From NCBI RefSeq assembly GCF_001194135.2, contig NC_068995.1, positions 56,608,328 through 56,672,327 of the forward strand: a stretch of DNA of 64,000 nt. Reading direction: 5' to 3'. The stretch comes from Octopus bimaculoides. Its lineage: Eukaryota. Positions 1 to 13,546 of the stretch are shown here, piece after piece. A program made the position numbers and the translations under genes. The notes below the pieces were generated by a model that saw only the letters and a program-made list of their open reading frames with translations, ran no database searches and was not told the origin of the DNA. The stretch's first letter is position 1; each line of letters begins with the position of its first letter.

Positions 1-1043
1 AATCATTAATTTTCTTAAAAAAAAAAAAACACCCTTATTCAGAATTACTTGGAACCATTATTAATATGGATACTTAACATAGTTATATAAATATATAATT
101 TTTAATTTCTTTTTTTATTGTAACATAGGTGTTTTGCATGATGTTCAGAGAAAAGGAAACACTAACAGAAATATTATACATTTAAACGTCCAATAAGAAG
201 AGAGAATTTATTATTATTATTATTATTATTATTTACTTTTAAATGAAGGAATTAGTTAAAGTAGGTAAAAGTAAAGTATTTTAGTTGCCTGAAATACACA
301 ACAAGTGAAGCTAGAAATTAATAGCCTTGAGCTATAAGAACAAGCTATGGAACATTAAACTACAAAGAGTAGCAGAACCGAACCATTTTGAATCCATTAA
401 CATCATCAAAGAAGAACCAAATCCAGTTTTCAAAGACAAAGCTGCAGGTAAATCTTCAGATTGGCAGCAGTAAGATAAGCAAGGACTGAAAATGAAGGAA
501 CTGATAAGAATGGGAGAAGGGTGGCAGTGACCGTATATTGAAAGATCAAGGCAGGAGGTAGGAATGGCACACCAGAAGCAATGCTTGCAAGTTTATAAGA
601 GCAAAGAAAGAAAAACAGAAATAACAAGTACTTTCTCACTATTACAGTTGTTGCACATTCTTTGAGCAGCAGCGGTTAGTTATCCACTGACCATTTCTGT
701 CAATCCTTAAACTATTCCATTCCACTTCTGGCTTTCAGATTCTTAAACTGTGGAGAAGCAAGTCTATGCCATTAGTAAAGATGTGAGCAGTCTTCAATAA
801 GAAATAAAATTTGAATTATAAAACTTTACGTGGACAATTTCCTTTGGTTCTCTCGCCAATCTAATGCATGCACAATATATTCAAGTGACTAAAATAGCTT
901 TAAATCCCACAACAAAGTCAGTAAAGGGTCACCTGATCTAAACAAGGTAGTGTAACCTTTTAGTATAAAATGCGTTATATTGCACAAGGTTTTAACTTTA
1001 TAATCTGCAAAAGATATTAAATTTTATACTGAATTATTTGTTT

Positions 1044-1099
<56 letters not shown>

Positions 1100-1116
1100 N
1101 NNNNNNNNNATATATA

Positions 1117-1150
<34 letters not shown>

Positions 1151-1518
1151 ATTATAACATTATATATATATATTTGTATTATATGTACATTATTTGTCTA
1201 ATAATATTATGCTTAACAATATATAAATTGCATTTTAAGCATTTCTTGGAAGCTTTTTAGAGGCCAATGTGTTAGCCGTGTTGTGTGAAGAGAGAAACTC
1301 TAAGTAAACAACATATATATACTGAAATGAACATTCTACTGTTAAGAGTGTGGCTTAAAGCCACTGTAGCTCACCTTGCAGACATGCATGTCTCATTGCT
1401 ATAGCTATGTACAAACACAGGATAGAGATAGAGAATCATATACACATTTTTCTATATATGTCTGTATGGGTGTGTGCTTATCCAGATACACATAAATGAT
1501 GATGATGATGATGATGGT

Positions 1519-1558
<40 letters not shown>

Positions 1559-1602
1559 AACATATACATACATCTGTCTATCTACTTCTATACATATTAT
1601 GC

Positions 1603-1633
<31 letters not shown>

Positions 1634-1769
1634 CATACATATACACACATATACACAGACACACATAAATTCATACACAGTTTTACTGGTATAGACATAC
1701 AAGCCTACATGTCACAATCTCCCTAACATTACATATATGTGTACATGTGCGTATGTTTAGACATAATGG

Positions 1770-1833
<64 letters not shown>

Positions 1834-2444
1834 ATATGTAGATATCTATCTGCATATTAGGAATGAGTGAACACAGATATCAAGATCTGTGCATATGTAT
1901 CTGCATCCCGCCACACTGACACAGCGTCATCATCTTCCATGTAACAAGACCTGCCAGTTTCACATCACCCATCACAAACCCAAGAGACATTCTTAATTCT
2001 AAATGTCAGCAACAAATGGTTGTGCGATCCTGAAGGCTGTTCTGCTGGGACACTTTGATACATTACGAAAATGTCTTCTTCGATATAGGTCTGACGAAGA
2101 AAAGAACTGAACCAAGAATTTTAACAGAAATTTATCAAAATAAACTTAAACTCCTGCTATTCTTCAGCAGTTCAATAGAAGTAAAATATTGGACAGTTTC
2201 AAAACCTGGAGTTTATCCCAATAGCTTATACAGTCTTTAAGTTGCATTTGAGTAATATTTCCTTTATATTTCCTTTATATTTCCTTAATGAAGCTGAAAT
2301 AAAATAATTCCTTTGAGATCTGATAGGAAGAATTGATATTAAGACAGGTATTTATGATGAGTCTTAAAGACAGTGTCTTCTTTAACCTATTTGATCAGGC
2401 TCTTCATATCTCCTGAATGTTGTCACATCATGTGATGTACTGAG

Positions 2445-2842
2445 CTGCCACCATGCTGGAGCACCACTTGAATGGTTTCCTTGAACAAATTAAACCCAGC
2501 ACTTATTTTTAGGTGTAGTACTTAATCAGTCTCTTTTGCTGAACTGGTAAGTTATGCGGACATAAAGAAATCAACCCACACACAAATATATGTATGTGTA
2601 TATATGTGGGTGTATGTGTATAAGAATATGTTCTAATTCATGCCAGCATGGAAAACAGGTTAAAATATAATGATGATGATGATTACACACACACAAGTTT
2701 CTGTCTACTAAATCCACTCAGGAGAAATTGATTGGTCTGGGGATATTGTAGAAGACATTTGACCAAAGTGTCTTTGAAAAGAACTGATCCTGAAACCATG
2801 TGGTTGTAAAGAAAGCTTCTTCTTAAAGAAAGCCATGCCTGC
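2445..2842 (-). mobile_element. Family A SINE, decayed
   Basis: CCATGCTGGAGCACC..TCTCTTTTGCTGAAC tail and GAAACCATGTGGTTG..AGCCATGCC head, both in reverse complement. Confidence 0.7.
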
Positions 2843-3059
2843 ACCAATTAATATTTTGAATAATTCCCTAGAATTCTTGTACAGTGGATGAGATTAAAAG
2901 CCATGCATTCATTAATCAACCTCCATGGTACACGAAGCATCACATAGATGTGGACCCAATAATTTTTTTTTTCTAAATTAATAAAAGCCTGAAATTCATC
3001 AAGAGCTATAAATGGTGCAATTGTTCATTAAACACACATTTACAGAAAGTTCAAGTAAT

Positions 3060-3290
3060 ATGGAACTGTGTGTGTGTGTGGTATGTATGTATACATATCT
3101 GTGTCTGTGTTTGCCCCCCACCCACCATTTGACAACCAGTGCTGATGTGTTTAGATCCCCATAACTTAGTAGTTCACCAAAAGAAACCAATAGAATTAAT
3201 ATCATGCCAAGTACTGCGGTCAATTCTTTTGACTAAAAATTCTTGCAAGCACTGCCCCAGCATGGCCACAGTCAAGATAAAAGATACAAT
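3060..3290 (+). mobile_element. Family A SINE tail
   Basis: TTGACAACCAGTGCTGATGTGTTT..CATAACTTAG..CCCAGCATGGCCACAGTCAA matches the tail at 63750-63900. Confidence 0.8.
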
Positions 3291-5314
3291 CACCATCATT
3301 TTAATATCCATGCATCCATGTGTGTCAGTGTTGAACAAAATATATTGATGCAGATTTTCTACAGCTGGATGCTCTTCCTGTTGCCAATCCTTGTTCCTAA
3401 GCAAGCTAATATTTCCCCATGGGCAGACAAGTTTTTCATTGGAGACTGGAAACGATCAATGTTACATGTATGATTATAATTCTCATTTGCAACCATCATG
3501 CAATGTCTAGGTAAGCACACACACACACACATCTGTCAAACCCACTCGTATGTGTGTATATGTATGCATGTATGTATGCATTAACCAAAATGATTGCAAA
3601 TTGATAATCATTGTTTTTATTATCTAATTAAATTTTACATGCATTATTTATGTGCACACACACATAAAACAATATGTATATATAGCTTTTATTATTTTAT
3701 TTTAAAGGTTAATATGGATTTGAACACAACACTTCTTCAAAGTATTCAAATGTATTATCTTAATTATAACAGTAATGAATGAGAAAATTATCGTTTTCTT
3801 AATAATCTTTTTCAGTTTAAGCACCATAATGCAACCGATTAAACATTCTGAAGATATGAACAAAAGAAAATCAACTCCATAAAATTCATTCACTCAAACG
3901 GATGCCCTTCACTTGTAAAATAACATCATTTCTGCTGTTAAAAAGAGAAGAAAAAATTAGAAAAGCTACAAAGTGATAATCCATTAGAACATAAAAACAC
4001 CTCATCGATTTCATTTGAAAATACTAAGATTTCATATGAAAGTATTGGCAAGACTTTTGCATAATCTAAAGCTGGTTAAGCAAAAACCACAAACAACAGA
4101 TGCTTTATAAAGCAATATAATTCAAGAAATAAAATTTACTGAAGCTGAAGTTTACCATTCTGTAAAATAATTTAGAAAGCCATATAGAAAATATCATATA
4201 AGCAGGTTTGATTGAACACATGCTTTAAATATTATAAAACACTCCATAAAATTTTTATTTAATTTTCATTTTTTACTGGTTCCAGTCATTAAACTGTAGC
4301 CATGCTGGGGCATGTTGAAGGGTTTTAGTTGAACAAAACAATCCAAGATTTTTTTACTTTCTTTCTTTCATTTATTTATTTTTTTGTTTTTTGTTTTTTA
4401 GTCTGTTACTTATTCTATCAGTTTGTATTGCCAAAATGGTTTCTGAGAAAATATACATCACCCTCCATTACAATATTGGATTGGAAACACAAAACATTTT
4501 TGCCCTGATTCTTGCTTGGAATAAATAATATAATAACTACGACCACAATATTGCTTCATTTCAGAAGGCAAAGTTGGAATTATCTGAAAACACTGATGTA
4601 GCTATGTCCTCTGGTGGTCTGAATGTAAACATAAGGGATTAAAGGAAATATGAAAAGACCCTTAATATAGGTGCAGGTATGGCAGTGTGATTTAAAAGGT
4701 CACTTTACAACAATGTATACAAGTTCGCTAAGACTGATGAGCAATCAATCTTTTTTCCCTCCAGGGACAGAGACAATAGCAAGCTGAGAAGTTTTCCTCA
4801 ACCAGATATCTATCAAACTATTCATCAATACAACTGTTTATTTATTTCAAGCCTACTAACCTAACTACTTAGAATTAATGTGATTACATCAATCCTCACA
4901 GTAAAGACATTACAGACCTGCTGTATAGCAGCTCTATCAAACCCATTGTAGCACGAAACGGTTAAGATGATGCTGCTGCTGCAGCTGGTGATGAATGTAA
5001 ACACACTATTCTTATTTTCTCTTCCACTATCATATATATATACATATATAAATTATGATTTTGTGAAAACCAAACCAAATCCCTAGCATTAATTCAATGA
5101 TATCAATGTATATTATTATTACAAAAGCTTATTTGTCGAGTTGAGAGTTAAAAACCTGTAAGAGCAACATTGTCTGGCTTAGATTTTCACCTTCATAAGT
5201 GATTTGCCTCAATAGGATATAATGTAAGTTTATTATTTCATTATATAATAAAGAAAGCAATGGACACATCCACCTTGACACTGCCTGAACCATTTATACA
5301 TATATACATACATA

Positions 5315-5351
<37 letters not shown>

Positions 5352-5643
5352 GTAAAATTGTATAAAATCTTCTTTCTTTTTAATCATTTTATACAAGATT
5401 CATAGTTACAGGTTTCATTCATGAGAGAAAAGAATAATTGTTTACAATATATTCAAGTGAAAAGAAAAAACACACAGATATATAACAAATATATACATAT
5501 GTAAATAAAAAGTAAAAAGAATAGCTAAAAAATGAAAGGTAAAAGCATAAAAAAGATATAGATTTATAAATAGGAAAAAATAAAAGACAAATAATTTATG
5601 AAAATATACATGTATATACATATGTGTGTGTGTGTACATGCAT

Positions 5644-5700
<57 letters not shown>

Positions 5701-5709
5701 CATACACAC

Positions 5710-5740
<31 letters not shown>

Positions 5741-6045
5741 TACAGATAAAAGTAAGTGCTGCAAAGTCACCCACAAAAGTTTGTCATTTAAACACAAAGA
5801 AAATGCATTGAGAAACTTAATGGGATTTACTGAGCTAACAATGCTTCCCAGCAACAGTGAAACAATTGTTAGTGTTGTTGTTGCTGTTGTTGCTGATTTC
5901 TCAGGATTAACACTTCTATCTATACCCAACCAACTCATCTCGTTTTATTAAACCCGATCCAATAATAAATTTAAACTAAAATAAACTAATACACAAGAAA
6001 AATTAGCAACACATACACAGACATATATGTGTATGTGTGTGTGTG

Positions 6046-6077
<32 letters not shown>

Positions 6078-7611
6078 ATCAGTCAGAAACAAACAGTTGC
6101 TTGAACAAAGGATGTTACAAAATTCACTATAAATAAACACCTACAGTAACAACAAAATTTTGTTAATCCCAGAATATATATTTGGAGAAGCTGACCAAGT
6201 GAGCTGCTAAAAAGTTTAACATAAGAGCTGCATGAATATCAGAAAGGTTACCAAACAATGGTTTGGAATGTCTTGGCTTTCATTTAATTTATTTTTGTTG
6301 TAATCTACAAGCAGGACAATCCTTTCTACCAAACTTGTAGATTATATTCCAATAGCATTTCAGTTGAACATAGAACGTGAAAGTGGTATTCTTCCTTCAA
6401 TTGATAGCCAGAGGCAAAAAGCAGCATAGAATTAAAAGAAGTTGTTCTGCAATACTGCTTTGTCCAAAGATAAAAAAAAAAAAAAGAGAGAGAGAGGGAG
6501 ATACAGAGAAAGATTACAGCTTTCAGTAACTTGTTTATTTTGGACAGTGGACATTGGAAATGTTGGCATCAAGTGCTGCTTTCAACAGAGAAAACAGACA
6601 GGAAAGCCATATAGAGAGAAGAAATGAAGAGAGAGGAAGAGGGGAAAGAGAGAAGTGGGGGATAACTAGGAATGAGCTGGACAAACATTATACACAATAA
6701 CAGTACAATTCCTGAGCTGTAAAATAAGCAGGCCAAAGAGAAAATGGGATGAAGCTGCAGATGCCAAGTTGCAGACTGCAAGCGCCTAACCAGAAAATAG
6801 CTACAGATGAAAATGTATGAGTATTTACTATGTTCACGAAATTAAAAAAAATGAAGGCTGGCCTGACAATGGGGAGGGAACTAGTTATAGAGATAGTCAT
6901 ATCTACAAATGATACATTCAGAGTCATTTGAATTAAAATCTCTCAACTAATAAACCAACGTAAAGCTTCTTTCTATCATTTTGTGGCCAGTTAAGTAGGT
7001 CATTGTTAATTACTATTTCCACATGTTTTCTTCATATTCACATTATTTTGTTAACCAATCTTTGCCAGTTGCTGTCTTTATAAAATTTAGCTCCAAGAAT
7101 TCATAGTGGTTTCTAATTGTTTTTGAAGTCAATCTCATAAAGTAAGCAGTTTTTTTCTAAGTTCCTATCCTCCCCAAATGTGTAGTTCTGGCTCTTGTCC
7201 CACAATGTGGCACCTTGGGAAAATGATGTTTCCAAGCAAGGTATTATTTTCTCATAGCTATATGTATTTTACACAGAAGACTGGAAACAAACAACCTTAC
7301 TTGTATGACGATGTCTATTAATGACCATCACATGATGGCTAGACAAGGGTACACATGAACACACACACATATATATATGAGCTTCTTTCAGTTTCCATCC
7401 ATTGAATCAACTCACAAAGCTTCAGTTGGCCTGGGACTAGTGCCACATCATGGGACTGACCCCAGGACTGCATGGTTGGGAAGCAAGTTTTGGAAGCAAG
7501 TGCAGCCATGCCAGTTTTCTACAAAAAAGACTGAGCCAATTCCTAATGAATTTCCTTTGCCTTTTAGTTGAGTTCATTGCCTAAGATATTCTAAAGTAAA
7601 AAAAAAAAATC

Positions 7612-7814
7612 TTTTTTTACTCTAGGAACAAGGTCCAACATTTTTGGGGATTAGATCAACCAACCCAGTACACAACTGGTACATAATTTATTGATCCCGA
7701 AAGGATGAAAGGCAAAGTCAACCTCAGGAGAATTTGAACTCAGAACATAAAGACATATGAAATATCGCTAACCATTCCGCCTGGTGTGCTGCGTTTCTGC
7801 CAGCTCGCTGCCTT
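7612..7814 (-). mobile_element. tRNA-derived SINE family C
   Basis: Minus strand: GGCAGCGAGCTGGCAGAA head, GAGTTCAAATTC B-box, then the central GAGGTTGACTTTGCCTTTCATCCTTTCGGGATCAATAAAA..TACCAG block. Homologous copies lie at 35020-35220, 40007-40224 and 46200-46600. Confidence 0.85.
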
Positions 7815-10800
7815 TTAGTAAAAAAATATTATTAACATAATTTCTACCATGATAAGTGATTCTATAAACTTCTCAATTTAAAACATTTGGTAATACCATG
7901 TTATGGAATGATGTGTCAATTTTCTAACAGACTCAGAAAATTGCAATAAACAAATACATCAATTTAGCAATCATGTTCTATATTATTTTTATTCATTTTG
8001 ATTCTTTTTATGTTTTCATTCTTATCAACAGATTTTTGGCAGCTAAATGGTAACTAAATTTAATTTTAAGCAGCTTCTCTGTATGCATAAGCGTGCATGT
8101 GTGTGCACATGTGCATGTGCTTGTGTGTATTTATGCAAGTATGTGTGTGTAAAATGAAGTTTTTAAAAAATTGCTTTATCTAAAGCAACCCTGATGCCTT
8201 ACATTCTTTCAGCTTTTATCTCTGCCTTCAAAACACGCTAATAATATTTTATTTTTAAAAACAGATAAAGACATATGTTATACTTAATCATGATGAATGC
8301 AGATTATAATTTCTGCTAGAAAACGGCTTTCTTAGAGTTACTTCTTTAACAAAAAAGAAAAAGAAAAAAATGAAAAAAATATGGGAATATCAGTAGGTAA
8401 GAAATCCATGATACTGTTTGCATTCATTAAGGAATGGTTAAGCAAAGAATGTGGCATTAACTTTTATAAGGTCATCAGAACCTGAATTTTGTTCAAAAAC
8501 AACTGTACAAGGAGAATAATTGTTTTATAAACATATATGTCAGGTCAGAAACACTAATTGGCAGGCAGGAATTTTGACATTAGCTTAAAACCAAGATAAA
8601 GTTTTATGTTATGTGAATAGATATAATTTAATGAAGTGATAAGAACATTTTTTTGAAAAACTAGTTATGAGTTAGTGTGTTGTTCCATAACACATTGATT
8701 CATTTCTATTTGTAGTTATAGTTAAAGCAAATACTTATAAAATTATTTTCAAATGTAGCACTCCATGAAGAAGAAAGTAAGACAAAATAGAAAAGAGAAA
8801 CAAAACTTGAATGTCTTCAGACTGTAATTATTTTCCATCTATAAGAAATGTCATGCTTTGTAAGATGTTTAATTTATTTAGCTCCAGTTATGTCATTCTG
8901 ACAATTTCTAAAAGGAACGATATAGCCCTATACATGGCTACCTAAAATTAGAATTTTGAAGATCTTCTTAATATGCAAACAATAAATAATCCTGTCAAAT
9001 ATTATGCAGAAATGATTATCTCCCTTATGCTAATTGGCCACCAGGGAATACCATGTATTTTCATACATAATTTTTGAAAAATATATGATTCAAATCTCAC
9101 CAGGTAAAGTAATTTCAATTGTGACATTGATACTATGCATATCAAAAAAATTAAGCAAATTCCTCATACTGCTTCTATGAAACTTCATTCCACTTCTCTA
9201 AATAGTGAGACTGAGGAATTCTTGCAAAGTAACTTGGAAACATTTAATATTATATTCCAAAGAAAATATGTTCAGGCTTTATCAGGAGATGACAGTGAAG
9301 TTTGCTTTAGCATGAAAGTAGAATTATGAGAAAAACTCTCAACTTCAGTTTAAAAAGAAAATCCCCATATACATATATATATATGAGGAATTTATTTCAA
9401 GTTTCCATGAACTAATTTTACTCACAATGTACTGGTCAACCTGCTATAATATAGGAGGACACAAACTGATGGTGTCCACATTATCACCTGGTGTAGATAT
9501 AATTAATTAAAAAAGATTGTGTAAAAGAAAATTTGACAAAAAAGAAAACAGCTCTAAACACCATAGTTTGATATATGCTTTAAGTTGACATGAAATTTAA
9601 TTTTTTTGCTCTCTTCTGACAAAATAAAGAGCATTTCCGTGATATTTAATCAATGTGACTTTTTTCTTTGTTATTAAATGAAACCAAGAAATATGAAAGG
9701 CCTAGAAAACAGGATTCAAACTTCATATAATGAATTCTTAAAGTGTAAAACTATATTACAAGATTAAACACCTTAAAAACTTTAGTGCATAATCTTTAAT
9801 TATCATGCAATTCAATACAAAATGTAATATGACAAGGTGACAACTCAGTCATATACTACAGGATTTTAAAGTTCATTATTCCATGTCCAGTGTGAGTAAT
9901 GATTGAATTATATCTTTGAAAAGCCTGATGGCTAAGAAGTAAAATGGCTAAATAGTTAGAGCAATGAAGCCATACATTATGAATTCAGATTGCAACGAGC
10001 ATTATTTTATGGCCTTGAGCAATTCGCATTATTCTTCACCATTCAATTCATCTAGTTATTAAAGTCCTACTTTACAATATTTTATAACAAAGCTAAGAAG
10101 AGCAATCAAATATATTTTTTAAAAAATAATAAAACTGTTTAAAAAATTTCTGAAATATCCAGTTTTGTAGACTGTCCGTAGTACTATAAAAATAAATAAA
10201 ACAATTTTTGAAAAATTAATGGATATAAAAAATAAAATTTCCAAAAATGTCAATTGTGTTCCAGAAGTGTTGCTTCATCAAAAATGCCACAAAATATAAT
10301 TCACAGAGCATTCTACTAAACCTAGTTTATAAATAAAAATAATTAAACATTAACTAAAAACAAATAAATTATAAATTAACAATTTGAAAATTAATTTCTT
10401 TTTTTTGAAAAAAAAAATCTTTTATATTTTATATTTTGATAATATTTCTTTTAAACAATTAACTATCATTCAGGTGTTTTAATAACTTTTGGGCTTTAAA
10501 AAAAAATATGGATGTCAACAAATCAGAAATGTTACATGAAGATAATCCTTTGCAAATAAATACCCTAACTCACCTGATTTATAGTTTTGTTTAGTGATTT
10601 CAGCTTTGGTAATAGCAATTTTCAGAAAGAACATGTGAATCGTCAAAAATTAAGCATCTTCCAAAATCATTTCTTGTACTTTTATGCATGTAAATTTGAA
10701 GAGTGCTAACATTAAATTAAAACAAACAAATAACAGTAAAGAGGAGCCAAACATAAAAGTAAAATAAAATAGAATAAATAAATTCACAATGAGATTAAAA

Positions 10801-11182
10801 AAAAAAAAAATTGGTCTTCATATGCAGAAGAGCAATTTTTGAAGCTTAACACATTTTCAACGACTGTACAAGCATTGAATTCAATGACAGGGAATACTGA
10901 CTACAAAAGCATCCTACGCTATCGATGAATAAGTTTCCGGTATACACTCAAGTTTGTCTAATACTTGAAATAATAATGATTAGCTTGTTCTATTCAATTG
11001 TCAGTCATTATTGCTGTTGTAGTTGGTGGTAGTTTTTGCTGCTGCTGCTGCTGCCGTTGTTCTTGTTATTTACCAGAATAAAAAAGATAATATAATGTAC
11101 AAGCTTTGCATGCAGTTCTAACAAAATTGTCTGCTGACTATGAATGACAAAGTCTGTTGACTAATTAAATTTGCTGCTGCTG

Positions 11183-11215
<33 letters not shown>

Positions 11216-12412
11216 AAAAAGTTTTTATTAAAACAAATAATATTCAGTAAACAATTGTAAAGAGTTGTGCATTGGGGGCGGAGGGAGGAAAAATGTGTTT
11301 GTGTGTGTGAATATGTATTCTATAAAGACACGGCAACAGTAGGAAAATGATCAACTTGCTTAAATCCATCAACAAGTAAACATAGTTTAAATTCAAAATG
11401 CTAGAAGTGTCAAACATTTCATAATTTCACATTGACATCATTCTTCGACTGAGTCTATAATTTCTCTGTAATACAAATCTATTATTGTCTGCTTTATGAA
11501 TGTATCTGAATATGTATGAATGAAAATTAGGAAGGAAAAGAAAGAAGCAAACAAACAAAACAAAGCAAATGAAAGCAATTATGAAAGCAGTTGTGTTGAT
11601 CTTCTTGATTGCTAGCTATTATGGAAGCACAAGTAAGTCTCTGATGATCTTTCAAAACCCTGAAAGACTTCAAATGACTTGAGATCAATCATGATTGATG
11701 TTTCATTCATAGCAATTTCTCGTATACAACTGAGAAGAAAAAACAGAAACCCAAGTGTATCCCAAAGACAAGGCATCTTCTTAAGAGCCAGAAAAACTTC
11801 ATTCTTGATTTTTCTGACCTCAAACAATTATCAAGTATAATTTGAAGAACTGTTTACATATCTTGGTTAGTGCCAATGCTATGAGCCTTGGACCACAACT
11901 ACCAAGAAGAAAAACATTTTTTAAAAAATAAACACAACCTAGTTCATCAATAATTTATTACCCTGAGTCAACTAGAAAGTTTCCATATAGAGATTCAGAT
12001 AGAAATAGCAGTAACGTATCACTCAAATCACACCCTACTGTCTTAGATAAAGAAAGGACACAAAGAACAAAGTGCTCAATGGATTGTAGCCATGCTGGTT
12101 CGATTTAATCCTTGGGTGGCATACTTAATCACTGAGTTGCAGACTCAAAAACATCTTAGTTTAAATAAAGGAAATATACATATTGTAGCTGTAGACATAC
12201 TCGTATAATGATGTGATGGTCATGTTTGGAATGTCCTGTTTGATTAAAGTTGATCGGACTAAATTGACCCCAGGACTTATTCTTTGTGGGCCTAGTACTT
12301 ATTGTATTGGTCTCTTTTGCTGAACTGCTAAGTTACAGGGATGTAAACACACCAACATCAGTTGTCAAGCAATAGTAGGAGGAGGGAGGCAAACACAGAC
12401 ACACACATAAAT

Positions 12413-12871
12413 ATCATCATCATCATCATCATCATCATCGTTTAACGTCCGCTTTCCATGCTAGCATGGGTTGGACGATTTGACTGAGGACTGGTGAAAC
12501 CGGATGGCAACACCAGGCTCCAGTCTGATTTGGCAGAGTTTCTACAGCTGGATGCCCTTCCTAACGCCAACCACTCAGAGAGTGTAGTGGGTGCTTTTAC
12601 GTGTCACCCGCACGAAAACGNNNNNNNNNNNNNNNNNNNNNNNNNNNNNNNNNNNNNNNNNNNNNNNNNNNNNNNNNNNNNNNNNNNNNNNNNNNNNNNN
12701 NNNNNNNNNNNNNNNNNNNNNNNNNNNNNCTTTTAGTTTCCGTCTACCAAATCCACTCACAAGGCTTTGGTTGGCCTGAGGCTATAGCAGAAGACACTTG
12801 CCCAAGGTGCCATGCAGTGGGACTGAACCTGGAACCATGTGGTTACGAAGCAAGCTTCTTACCACACAGCC
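12413..12871 (-). mobile_element. Young tRNA-derived SINE with (GAT)n tail (family B), interrupted by an assembly gap
   Basis: Minus-strand head GGCTGTGTGGTAAGAAGCTTGCTTCGTAACCACATGGTTCCAGGTTCAGTCCC (A and B boxes). The 3' part contains GTTAGGAAGGGCATCCAGCTGTAGAAA and ends GGACGTTAAAC(GAT)n. CpGs are retained. N gap at 12621-12729. Confidence 0.85.
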
Positions 12872-12883
12872 ATTTCTGTACCT

Positions 12884-12920
<37 letters not shown>

Positions 12921-13144
12921 ATGTATGTATATATGCACATACAGACACACATTACGGTCACTCAAATGGCACTACATAATCATCCAGCTGATACCAAGAG
13001 GAAAAAAAATACAAAACCACAATGTTAAAATGATGATAATTAACGACTATGTACACAATGCATACTTGTGGTATTTTTCATTTAATTAGAAGCATTTTTT
13101 TTTCCAAATGAAGCTATATAATAAAATTTCATTGAGAATATGTC

Positions 13145-13180
<36 letters not shown>

Positions 13181-13515
13181 CACATGAAAATAAATGCTTG
13201 CATATGTGTACAAAGGTATACACAGCTGTATACACACATACAGAGACAACAGACATATATCACAATACATGCACAATGCATACACACGCATATATGCGTA
13301 TGTGTAAAAATGAGGAAGTCTGTATGGAGAGGTCTTAATGTAAATTGAGATTCCAATGTAGAATTATAATTGGTTCTGAGCCAGATATCACTCATACTAC
13401 ATGCTCTAAGTACAGCATGTTGGAAAAGTTCTTGTTCCTTTCCTGTTTTGAAATGAACAAAAAAGAAAAAAACCCAGAAAAACTGAAAATAAATAAATAA
13501 ATGAATAAAATAGTA

Positions 13516-13546
<31 letters not shown>

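Noticed and set aside
739-782. Candidate small coding exons with plausible splice sites (739-782 ILKLWRSKSMPLVK; also 40631-40689 and 62043-62105 LISENIARLVSHSVVLAVIAH)
   Set aside because: No recognisable homology and no consistent chain of exons; such sites are expected by chance in 64 kb. Spliced RNA-seq or tblastn would decide.
11612-11827. 71-aa ORF containing KNEVFLALKKM, reminiscent of a LINE ORF2 linker (also TFTEIRMAIK at about 21750 and the 22954-23154 ORF)
   Set aside because: Similarity is too short and degenerate to call without a profile search.
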